A DNA stretch of 32,000 nucleotides from assembly GCF_000148385.1 (NCBI RefSeq), contig NC_014537.1:1260001-1292000 (forward strand). Reading direction: 5' to 3'. The DNA comes from Vulcanisaeta distributa DSM 14429. GTDB lineage: Archaea > Thermoproteota > Thermoprotei > Thermoproteales > Thermocladiaceae. The position numbers were made by a program, and so were the translations under genes. The stretch's first letter is position 1. The number at the start of each line of letters is the position of its first letter. The notes below the pieces were generated by a model, which worked only from the letters and a program-made list of their open reading frames with translations, had not been told where the DNA came from and made no database searches. Positions 16,536-24,543 of the stretch are shown here, piece by piece.

Positions 16536-16897
16536 GAGCTCGTTAGTATTGGCAGATTGCTAGGGTTTGGTTCTTTTTGCGTTTATTGAGAATGTTTCAA
16601 TGCTTTTCATAATAATTATATCAGTCTTAATGATTAAAATACTATAATGTTAAAAATGCTTTGGTCATGAAACAATAACGGAATAATTAAGTCCTATTGA
16701 TACTAGCAAATAATGAGAAGTGGTTATGGTGGATCATCCCCAAGGCTTCGCCCCGGCCTTACCAGGGTGATGTACCTTGGGGACTCATTGCAATTCATTT
16801 AGTTAATGTCTCCTAGGTCTGATTACGTGCTTTGTGCCTGGTCTAATAAGGGAGTCTGATAGGCGCGCAGAATCAATACCTGTGTCTTACCTAGGTA

Positions 16898-17272
16898 TTA
16901 CTTAACATACTCATAGACGAGATTGCCCTTATCATTGAGTCTCTTCCTAATCCTACCCTTACTACTTAGGCTCTCGATGGCCCTGAGGATGTCGGCGATC
17001 CTGAGACCCCTGGACTTGCCCCAGGCCATTAACTCATCCTTAGTAATAACACCCCTACTCATTATGTGATTTAACACCGCGTCCTCAATGCCACTTGGTT
17101 GTTGTGGGATAGCCCTCTCGGCAGCCTTAGCCTCAGCTGCCTTTACCTCGGCTGGCTTGGTTATGGGTTTAGCCTCGGACTTTGGCTTTTCCTCTGTGCC
17201 ATAGAGGAATGAGGTTATTGATGCGGTGCTCTGCTCCTTACCCTCCTCCTTCTTCCTAGCTCTTCTGGACAC
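16898..17272 (-). CDS. Winged-helix-like DNA-binding protein with K/E/A-rich disordered N-terminus
   Basis: The N-terminal half is low complexity (KPAEVKAAEAKAAE). The C-terminal half, VITKDELMAWGKSRGLRIADILRAIESLSSKGRIRKR...LVYEY, has a wHTH-like pattern. Confidence 0.55.
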   Translation of the reverse strand: MSRRARKKEEGKEQSTASITSFLYGTEEKPKSEAKPITKPAEVKAAEAKAAERAIPQQPSGIEDAVLNHIMSRGVITKDELMAWGKSRGLRIADILRAIESLSSKGRIRKRLNDKGNLVYEYVK

Positions 17273-17350
17273 AACTTATTTTTCATGAACCTAATTTAAT
17301 AATACTTACTATCACCGTCCATGGAGGTATTACGGAGCAATTACTTATAA

Positions 17351-17722
17351 ATGGGTTGCGTGTCGATGATTATGATGAGTAGTTCGGAGAGTAGGGTTTG
17401 GGCTGCGATTGCATGGGCCCTCCTAATAATTGGGGCCATAGTGGCCTTGATCATTAGGCCTAGGGATGATTATGTTAGGTATTGGGCCGTGGAGTCCATT
17501 GGATTTACGATAGTCATTATCATTGCTTGGATACTCGTGGAGATCGTATCGATAGTGTTCGCATTCACGATAGTGATACCCCTAATACTGAAGGTGCTTT
17601 ATGGACTTGGCGTATTCCTGGCATGGATAATTGGCGTGTTTAAGGCATTAACGGGTGATTACTGGAGGCCACCGATCATCCATGAAACCAGTGAGTGGGT
17701 TAAGAGGGTTTTACGACTATAA
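17351..17722 (+). CDS. DUF4870-like small membrane protein
   Basis: Three hydrophobic helices and the terminal motif FKALTGDYWRPP, typical of the DUF4870 family. Confidence 0.65.
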   Translation: MGCVSMIMMSSSESRVWAAIAWALLIIGAIVALIIRPRDDYVRYWAVESIGFTIVIIIAWILVEIVSIVFAFTIVIPLILKVLYGLGVFLAWIIGVFKALTGDYWRPPIIHETSEWVKRVLRL

Positions 17723-19066
17723 ATCCTCATGTAAAACCCTAAGCCCAAGTAACCTGGCAAACTCCTCTAGCTCTTTTCTGAAGTCGCCATAAATCACCAC
17801 CCTATGCCACCCACCACGCCACTTCCAATTACGTACAACATTACTTGCATTTCCACTACCTATGAGCTTTGTTGCGCAGGCCTGCGGTGAGTACTCATTA
17901 CTCACTGACTTAGATACGTGGATGGTCAATAATCGCTCCTCAGGATTGAAACCAACGATAGTCACAGGCTCATTCGTAGGTAATCTAACATGCACTGATG
18001 CATGCTTAGTCCCTAGGTGGGCCTTCGTTATTATGTAGGGTACCTCAGGCTTATCACCGCCATGAGGATTTGTCGGTGCGTAACAGTGATGATATATGAA
18101 CTCACCCCTCTCCTCATCAACACCAACATTCACAACAAAACCATTCCTATTGAATAGGTACTTCGCAATTAATATTGGCACGGTAGCGTAAGGATCAGCC
18201 TCACAGATTGGTATTATTCCATCATACCAAAGCTGCATGTAACCGAGGCATGGCCAAGCCCTCAGAAGCCCCGTGTTATAAAGTACTATGCAATCAACGG
18301 CTACTGCATTAACGCCCAGCTCCTTCACGGCATTCCTCATGGCTATGTAAAGCTTGGCCGAATTCCTAATCTCATCCATTGAGTCATCATAGACAGCCTC
18401 AGCATACTTAACCCACTTACTTGCCCACTCATCGGCTTCCTCATCACTAACCTTATCAAAGAACCTAGCCCTAAACTCATTGGCATCCATTATTATTGGT
18501 GTGACCCCCGTTATTGACTGTATCAACCTAAACACACTGTACATGTCCGTGTTAGGCCCAAACTGCCAATACAGATGTGACTTAAGGCTGGGCGAGACCA
18601 CAAACAATACCTTACTCATCCTTAGCCTAGCCAACGCCACTAAATACCTAACACTAGTTATTACGGCCTGACTTGCCAAATCGCGTGTGGAGATCCCAAT
18701 GACTGGGTAACCCTCACTTAAAGCCTTACTAATGCCTAGCATATACTCGCCAGCACCTGCGTAGGCCTCAGCGATTATAATTACGGGTTTACCACTCCTA
18801 ACTATCGGATCTATAAAACCCATCAATGAATTTAGGGTAACAACAATGTAACCCACCGCATTACCTTCTGCATTTAAAAATGCCTGAACATCAACTGGAT
18901 CTCTAATATCATAGCTCACGAATTCAACATCCGGGAATGAGGACCTAAGGGCATTAATGAGGGTACTTTTCTCATTTTCAATAAACTTCAGTGACTCCGG
19001 TGGAGCACCTAAGTCGCCAATTACAGGGTCTATGAAGGCTAGTGGTATCCTTATTTTTGAGCTCAT
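17717..19066 (-). CDS. Uncharacterised 449-aa protein, possibly L-fucose/L-arabinose isomerase-like fold
   Basis: The ORF is robust. The C-terminal GGWHRVVIYGDFRKELEEFARLLGLRV resembles the conserved end of FucI/AraA-like isomerases. The assignment is weak. Confidence 0.5.
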   Translation of the reverse strand: MSSKIRIPLAFIDPVIGDLGAPPESLKFIENEKSTLINALRSSFPDVEFVSYDIRDPVDVQAFLNAEGNAVGYIVVTLNSLMGFIDPIVRSGKPVIIIAEAYAGAGEYMLGISKALSEGYPVIGISTRDLASQAVITSVRYLVALARLRMSKVLFVVSPSLKSHLYWQFGPNTDMYSVFRLIQSITGVTPIIMDANEFRARFFDKVSDEEADEWASKWVKYAEAVYDDSMDEIRNSAKLYIAMRNAVKELGVNAVAVDCIVLYNTGLLRAWPCLGYMQLWYDGIIPICEADPYATVPILIAKYLFNRNGFVVNVGVDEERGEFIYHHCYAPTNPHGGDKPEVPYIITKAHLGTKHASVHVRLPTNEPVTIVGFNPEERLLTIHVSKSVSNEYSPQACATKLIGSGNASNVVRNWKWRGGWHRVVIYGDFRKELEEFARLLGLRVLHEDL

Positions 19067-19115
19067 ATGAATTAATTTTATACTACGTTTTTATTTTTAT
19101 TTTCTTTAATTTAGG

Positions 19116-19171
19116 AATTGAATATTAAATTAGATAATTGAAAGAAACCTAGGCATTCTTAGAAAATTGAA
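19116..19171. promoter_or_regulatory. Triple AATTGAA motif in a divergent AT-rich promoter region
   Basis: AATTGAA at 19116-19122, 19136-19142 and 19165-19171, between the divergent genes 17717-19066 (-) and 19208-19753 (+). Confidence 0.25.
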
Positions 19172-19207
19172 GAAAAATTTAAATAGGGATTCCTTGTTTT
19201 TCATTTA

Positions 19208-19753
19208 ATGTATTACAAAATGAATAGAGGTGCTGTGGAGATTTCACATATACTGGTAATAATCACTTTGTTCATTTTGGCAATGGCCATACTAGCCCCA
19301 TTCCACTTCAATGTCAATAGCCTGGAGCAGACGATATACTCGTTAATTGGGGGTTTTGGCGCAAACAATGGTAGTAACCCAAGCTATATAGAGACGAGCG
19401 CCATCATGAGTAAGTCGGATGATATAGTCACCATAGCAATAAGTATAAGGAATAATGGCAACAACTCAATAATGCTGGGAGGCACGACAATAATCGGCTC
19501 AGCAAAATGCAATCTATACCCCTCGATAGTGATCCCACCGCATAGCGTTGGTGAGTTAACGTTATCTATATACACGATGGATAATACAATGTCAGACCCG
19601 GTGACGGTGAACGTTGGTGGTGACGCATACTCAACTGGTACACCTCAAATATTTTGCTACGGAGCTTACCTGGATTTGACGAATAATAATGGTTTCATCG
19701 TAGTGTTTAGTACGGTCAATGGCGGCAATATTTATGTAAGCGTTAATCAATGA
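19208..19753 (+). CDS. Type IV pilin-like (class III signal peptide) secreted protein
   Basis: N-terminus (MYYK)MNRG|AVEISHILVIITLFILAMAILAPF has a short basic leader ending in G followed by a ~22-residue hydrophobic helix. The rest is a beta-rich domain. Confidence 0.55.
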   Translation: MYYKMNRGAVEISHILVIITLFILAMAILAPFHFNVNSLEQTIYSLIGGFGANNGSNPSYIETSAIMSKSDDIVTIAISIRNNGNNSIMLGGTTIIGSAKCNLYPSIVIPPHSVGELTLSIYTMDNTMSDPVTVNVGGDAYSTGTPQIFCYGAYLDLTNNNGFIVVFSTVNGGNIYVSVNQ

Positions 19754-19912
19754 ATACCAATATTCAGTTGTTAAGAAGATGTATGCTCGTGAAAAATTCT
19801 TTCGATGGAGGTAATACGAGAAACTACGGTAATAACATAATTTAATTTTTAATTACGTGGCAATAGCAGTAAAGACTAAAAAGATTGAGTTAAGAGATAG
19901 AACTGGTCTAAT

Positions 19913-22306
19913 ATGAGGGTTAGTTTTTCAGTGAATAATCACTGTAGGTTCATGGTAATTATTCCCCTGCTAATTATGCTTATAATGCCGGTAGGCTCCG
20001 TAATGGCTCAGTCAATGCTTGGTTATGAAATTATTAAACCGCAGCCAAGCATGTTCAGTTACATAAACCCAACCACCATAGGGCTAACGAAATACTCAGC
20101 TCAGTCTGGGGTTAATGATACAACCGCTGGTATGGTTATATTACTACCTAGTTACTATTTGCCACTTTCGTATAACTTCTCGGCTGGTCAGTTCGTGAAT
20201 ATATATGTCTGGTCCAACCAATCAATATCAATTTATCTGATGAATAATGAACAGTACTCAGCCTTCTCATCGGGTCAATCATACACGTACATTTATGAAG
20301 CAGGTGGAAGCATTATTGAAAGATCCTTCTATATCAGCGGTGGCGGCACCTACTACATAGTCATTGATAATAATAATCAAGGCCCGGCCTTCGTACTTTA
20401 CGAAATAACGGAATCACCAAGCCCCGAAGGACCTAACTTCCCAATGGGTATTGCCGATTATGGACTAGCGCTGCTACGGGGTAATTTACTGGCTTATGAG
20501 TATTCCACGGACATGTTCGTTGGTGAGGTGACAATATACAACGCAAGCACTACAGAGCCTAGTTACTGCCCGTCACTTGAGGTCAAACCAGGCAATACCT
20601 GGTTTAGTACTCAGTTGAACGTGGTTATGCTCATTCAAACAGCCAATGGCAATACCCAGTATTATTGGTTGCAGGATGTGTTGGAGTTCAATTCTCAGAG
20701 TGATCAGTTCCAGGTTCTTGATAACATATGGAATGACACGGGTAGCACCAGTGTAATTAATTCTGCATTAATAAGCGGCAATGGTGGAATAACTTCCTCA
20801 GGGAGTAACGTGCTTTATTATGATTGGGGCATTGAGCAGCCCCAGTCGGTGTCTTTGCCTTTCACAATATACCTAGTCATTAAGGTTGGGTTGAATAGTA
20901 ATGGCTACCCATGGGCAGCCTTCGGATACTCACTAAACGGACAAACAACAACATGGTACGACAACGTAACCATAATGATACCATCAAACTACGCAAGCAT
21001 TACAGTGTCACCACCCAACCCACTGCTTAATAAGTATGTGCCATTTAACGACGCGGAATTGGTGGTGGCTGGTCCAGGAGATAGTGAATGCACCATTGCC
21101 AACACCCTGGGTGTTGAATTGGGTCTCTACTTTAAGTACGGTGATTACCTGGTCCCAATACCATATATGTGGAATTTCGGCATGCACACGGCCGAGTCTA
21201 TACTTAATGCATCATCGATCTCCATAGGTCCAGGCATGGCGTTTGTGAAAAACGGTAATGAAGAACCAACATACATAATGGGTTACTTCGCCCTACTGAC
21301 CATCTACAATAGCATTAATGGCGTGACAAACACATCAATAGTTACGCCTGGTACGCCAGTAAAAATCAGCGAGCCAGAAATTATCGTGTTTAATAATGGA
21401 ACTAGGTATGTACTTCAGGGTTACGTAATCAATGGCAGTGAGTACTTAAGCACGGCAAGCCTTAGTATAGTCATTAATGGATCAACGAGCATAGACATTG
21501 AGTGGGTCAGGCAATACATGGTTAATGTAACAAGCCCAATACCAATACTGGTAAACGGCAACGCAACAAGCAACTACAGCGGTTGGGTAAACGCAGGCTC
21601 TACCATAACAATAAGTGCGCCAAAGTATTACGTGTTCAACAACGAAACAAGGCTTGCCTTTCAATACTTCTACGTCATTAACTACGAACCGTATTACACG
21701 ATTAATTACCCATACAATGTGACATTTACCGTAGGCTCGCCAATGGCGTTTACGGCAGTATACACAAGGCAATACCTAGTGAGCATAATGTCTACGGCGC
21801 CCATTTACGTAAATGGCTCAGCGTACATGAACTACACGGGCTGGGTTAACGAAGGATCAACATTAGTACTAACAATACCAAGGTACTACCAACTCGGTAA
21901 TGAAACACGCTATGTATTCAATGGAAATAACACGGCAATAGCACTTACAGTGGATGAACCAGAGGAATTATCCATAAATCAATGGACAAGGCAATACCTA
22001 ATAAACATAACGAGCCAATACCCAGTAAACATAAATGGGACAACAACTACGCAATACACCGACTGGCTAGACGCGGGTTCAATAATCGTAGTAAGGCCAA
22101 GCACGGTATTTGCAGACGGCCTCCTACTTCAGGAACCTGGCCTCACACTGGTGGTTAATGGCCCCATGACCATTAGTATTAAATGGACGATAAACTGGGC
22201 GCTCACGGCAGCGCTTTATGCGGTCGTATTAATCATAATAGTCTCGATAATCCTATTGATAAGAAGATCGAGGAGAAAAGCGCCTCAGTATGAGGCTATG
22301 CCGTAA
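19913..22306 (+). CDS. Thermopsin-family (peptidase A5) protein with N-terminal beta module, C-terminal tandem repeats and TM anchor
   Basis: Matches thermopsin blocks as I recall them: PMGIADYG (20441-20464), YYWLQDVLEF, LDNIWNDTG, NDAELVVAGPG and NFGMHTAES. Also has a signal peptide and a C-terminal helix ALTAALYAVVLIIIVSIILLI followed by RRSRRK. Confidence 0.85.
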   Translation: MRVSFSVNNHCRFMVIIPLLIMLIMPVGSVMAQSMLGYEIIKPQPSMFSYINPTTIGLTKYSAQSGVNDTTAGMVILLPSYYLPLSYNFSAGQFVNIYVWSNQSISIYLMNNEQYSAFSSGQSYTYIYEAGGSIIERSFYISGGGTYYIVIDNNNQGPAFVLYEITESPSPEGPNFPMGIADYGLALLRGNLLAYEYSTDMFVGEVTIYNASTTEPSYCPSLEVKPGNTWFSTQLNVVMLIQTANGNTQYYWLQDVLEFNSQSDQFQVLDNIWNDTGSTSVINSALISGNGGITSSGSNVLYYDWGIEQPQSVSLPFTIYLVIKVGLNSNGYPWAAFGYSLNGQTTTWYDNVTIMIPSNYASITVSPPNPLLNKYVPFNDAELVVAGPGDSECTIANTLGVELGLYFKYGDYLVPIPYMWNFGMHTAESILNASSISIGPGMAFVKNGNEEPTYIMGYFALLTIYNSINGVTNTSIVTPGTPVKISEPEIIVFNNGTRYVLQGYVINGSEYLSTASLSIVINGSTSIDIEWVRQYMVNVTSPIPILVNGNATSNYSGWVNAGSTITISAPKYYVFNNETRLAFQYFYVINYEPYYTINYPYNVTFTVGSPMAFTAVYTRQYLVSIMSTAPIYVNGSAYMNYTGWVNEGSTLVLTIPRYYQLGNETRYVFNGNNTAIALTVDEPEELSINQWTRQYLINITSQYPVNINGTTTTQYTDWLDAGSIIVVRPSTVFADGLLLQEPGLTLVVNGPMTISIKWTINWALTAALYAVVLIIIVSIILLIRRSRRKAPQYEAMP
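21338..22183 (+). repeat. Intragenic tandem domain repeats (about 74-86 aa units) in the thermopsin-like gene
   Basis: Units begin with AGGCAATAC (RQY) at 21509, 21767 and 21989, with a half unit from ~21338. The shared pattern is RQY[ML][VI]N[VI]TS..P[IV].[VI]NG....Y.GW[VL][ND]AGS...[IV]..P.YY...NETR..F. Confidence 0.75.
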
Positions 22307-23135
22307 AACTCCAGGTATCAACCATTTGCACATCCCCACTAGCCGAGATGCGGTACTTATGGTACTCACCATTGCTAAGTACGCGGCAGTTACCAACGAA
22401 ACCCGGCCTGTAGAAGTCAATCACTGTTGATGAGGCATAAAGCACACCCCCAGGGACATCGCACTGGTAAAGCCTGTAATACGCCTCCCTAGCCTCCCTC
22501 CTCTCATCATCAAGAACCTTGTAATAACTACCGACAATTAGCGTAACGTAACCATCCTCAACCAATGCAATGCCCAGATTTGCCCCGGTCCTCACGAACT
22601 TAAGCAGCCAAGCAAGATCGTCTTTAGCGATGTCGCCCTTAATACGATTAGCGAGGGCCAGGTTGGCGATGTAGGTATCATTAAACCTAGCCGTGTAATC
22701 CTTGTCAATACCAACCTCCCTGGCTATGTCATCCCTATAGAAGGAACCGTTATGAATCATGTAGAGCTCAAAGCCATCCCTAGTCACCGCTCTAACAGGG
22801 TGCGTGGAGAATATGTTTTTCGGTGTACCTGTGCTCGCGGCCCTGGCGTGCATCATCATTAGCACTGCATCATCATTATTCACATTACTTAGAAAACCCC
22901 TAATGACATTAACGGGGTTATCCATGAATATGGCCCTCACACTCCTATGATGGAATACGGATGAGGAGACAACATTGACGAACAAAATTCCCCAACCATC
23001 CTCATGCCTCTCCTCATTGAGGAATTTCTTACCGTATGGGTCCATAGACGCTGCCTGCACAAGGCTATTGCCAATACCAACCAAGGTCTCGCCGGCATTA
23101 TTAAACCTACCAAGGATGATGGCAAACCTGCACAT
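22296..23135 (-). CDS. Class II (Ntn-type) glutamine amidotransferase, YafJ-like
   Basis: The Met-Cys N-terminus MCRFAIILG gives the nucleophile Cys2. Also EDGWGI, MMHARAASTGTPKNIFSTHPV and HNGS. Confidence 0.85.
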   Translation of the reverse strand: MCRFAIILGRFNNAGETLVGIGNSLVQAASMDPYGKKFLNEERHEDGWGILFVNVVSSSVFHHRSVRAIFMDNPVNVIRGFLSNVNNDDAVLMMMHARAASTGTPKNIFSTHPVRAVTRDGFELYMIHNGSFYRDDIAREVGIDKDYTARFNDTYIANLALANRIKGDIAKDDLAWLLKFVRTGANLGIALVEDGYVTLIVGSYYKVLDDERREAREAYYRLYQCDVPGGVLYASSTVIDFYRPGFVGNCRVLSNGEYHKYRISASGDVQMVDTWSFTA

Positions 23136-23169
23136 ACCCGTCGGGCTATATAATGGGAATTTAATAAAT

Positions 23170-23198
23170 GTTTTGTGTTTTACAATTGAACATAAAAC
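23170..23198. promoter_or_regulatory. Imperfect palindrome GTTTTGTGTTT-N7-GAACATAAAAC between the divergent GATase and ParA-like genes
   Basis: 9 of 11 arm positions are complementary by my hand alignment. It lies 33 nt upstream of the ParA-like ATG. Confidence 0.3.
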
Positions 23199-23230
23199 TT
23201 ATTAGGAGGTATGCCTAATAAACAATTATC

Positions 23231-24172
23231 ATGTTTACAATAGCATTCATATCAGCAAGCGGCGGTGCAGGAAAAACAACCCTGGCAGTGAACACGGCGG
23301 CATCCTTAGCCATCGATGGACGCAAGGTGTTATTCATCGACTTCGACCCGTCGGCAATGGCAACCCGCGTATTACTAGGTAGGACCTTCGACGAGTGCAA
23401 CCTAAAGACCCTAATGAAAAAGCTCACTGATTATAAAAAGGGCTACTTAAAAAGTATGCCCACAGTTAACGAGTGCCTTCATCAACACGTGATTCCGGGA
23501 AATAACGCAGCCTTCTACGTATTACCTGGAGGTAACTTAGACGAAATAAGTAGTGACATAAAGAACGTGCCTGACTGGGGGTTACTTCTAAGGTCGCTTA
23601 TTGATAAATTAATGGAGGAGGTGGGGTATGACTTTGATGTAATAATTCTAGACTCACCAAATTGGGTTTATCAATTCTTCGAAATGACATTCCCACTGGC
23701 TCCACTCTATGTAGCTATTACGAGACCTGGTCTTCAGGAAATTAATAAGTTCGTGGACTTCCTTAGAAGGATCATGAACATGCTGTACAACCAGAAAATA
23801 TTTATCCCAAGGAATAAGAACTATGAAAGCCTAATATCATACGTAGTAAACCAGTATAGATCTAACATGAGAACGCAAGAAATCATGAAGGCTTGGCATG
23901 AGGTAAATGAAATCATGAGCAGGGAATTCCCGAACGTACGTCCATTAGTAACTAATGATATGCCTGATAAGTATTATGGTGATGAGGACACGGAATTCGT
24001 AGGATTCAGGTACCTAGATGAGATATCTCTAGATTCATACGTAGAGAGTGGCCCATTATACGTAAGGAAACGTACTTCAAAGAGTGCGAAGCCCATTAAG
24101 CAGTTCGAAGCGTATTATAAATTGCTGAAGCAGTTCGTATCAGAAATGACGCCAGTGGAGGTGGATCATTAA
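23231..24172 (+). CDS. ParA/MinD-fold P-loop ATPase, atypical (signature Lys replaced, ~80-aa C-terminal extension)
   Basis: Walker A SASGGAGKTT (23252-23281), A' VLFIDFDPSA, Walker B FDVIILDSPN. The extra C-terminal region carries the basic patch RKRTSKSAKPIK. Confidence 0.8.
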   Translation: MFTIAFISASGGAGKTTLAVNTAASLAIDGRKVLFIDFDPSAMATRVLLGRTFDECNLKTLMKKLTDYKKGYLKSMPTVNECLHQHVIPGNNAAFYVLPGGNLDEISSDIKNVPDWGLLLRSLIDKLMEEVGYDFDVIILDSPNWVYQFFEMTFPLAPLYVAITRPGLQEINKFVDFLRRIMNMLYNQKIFIPRNKNYESLISYVVNQYRSNMRTQEIMKAWHEVNEIMSREFPNVRPLVTNDMPDKYYGDEDTEFVGFRYLDEISLDSYVESGPLYVRKRTSKSAKPIKQFEAYYKLLKQFVSEMTPVEVDH

Positions 24173-24189
24173 GGCGTGGGTGTTGAAGA

Positions 24190-24543
24190 GTGGTAAGGCA
24201 ATGCAAGGAAAACGAGTATATAGCAATAATTGCGCGTCGATTAAACTGTAGCGAACAATATTCGATAAACCTTGGTTTCATTAACGTAAAACCTGACTTA
24301 TTATGCAATAGCATTGCGTATGAAGTGGAGTGCGAGGACAAGGTACATTATGGCATTGGGCAAGCCATAGTCTACCAATACGGTGGATTACGGGCAGGGC
24401 TCATAGTAATAACGACGAATAAAGACAACAACAAATTGAATCAATTAATGAACTTCCTAAGGTGGGCACGCAATAAACTGGGCATTGAAACTTATATCTT
24501 CAGGTGCATTCGTTATGATTGCGATTTATTAAAAATTGAATAA
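24190..24543 (+). CDS. Small protein with PD-(D/E)xK nuclease-like (Hjc-like) motif spacing
   Basis: GTG start preceded by GGGTG (24178-24182) 7 nt upstream. The motif series is E7-N-E...KPD36LL...YEVECEDK51...GQAIVY...GLIVIT (24295-24342 covers D36-K51). Confidence 0.5.
   Translation: MVRQCKENEYIAIIARRLNCSEQYSINLGFINVKPDLLCNSIAYEVECEDKVHYGIGQAIVYQYGGLRAGLIVITTNKDNNKLNQLMNFLRWARNKLGIETYIFRCIRYDCDLLKIE

Noticed and set aside
16767-16822. Possible C/D box sRNA (GTGATGT ... CTGA, about 56 nt)
   Set aside because: The C box is imperfect. No credible D' or C' boxes occur at the expected 12-nt guide spacing, and there is no terminal stem. The region is retained only as a generic ncRNA candidate.
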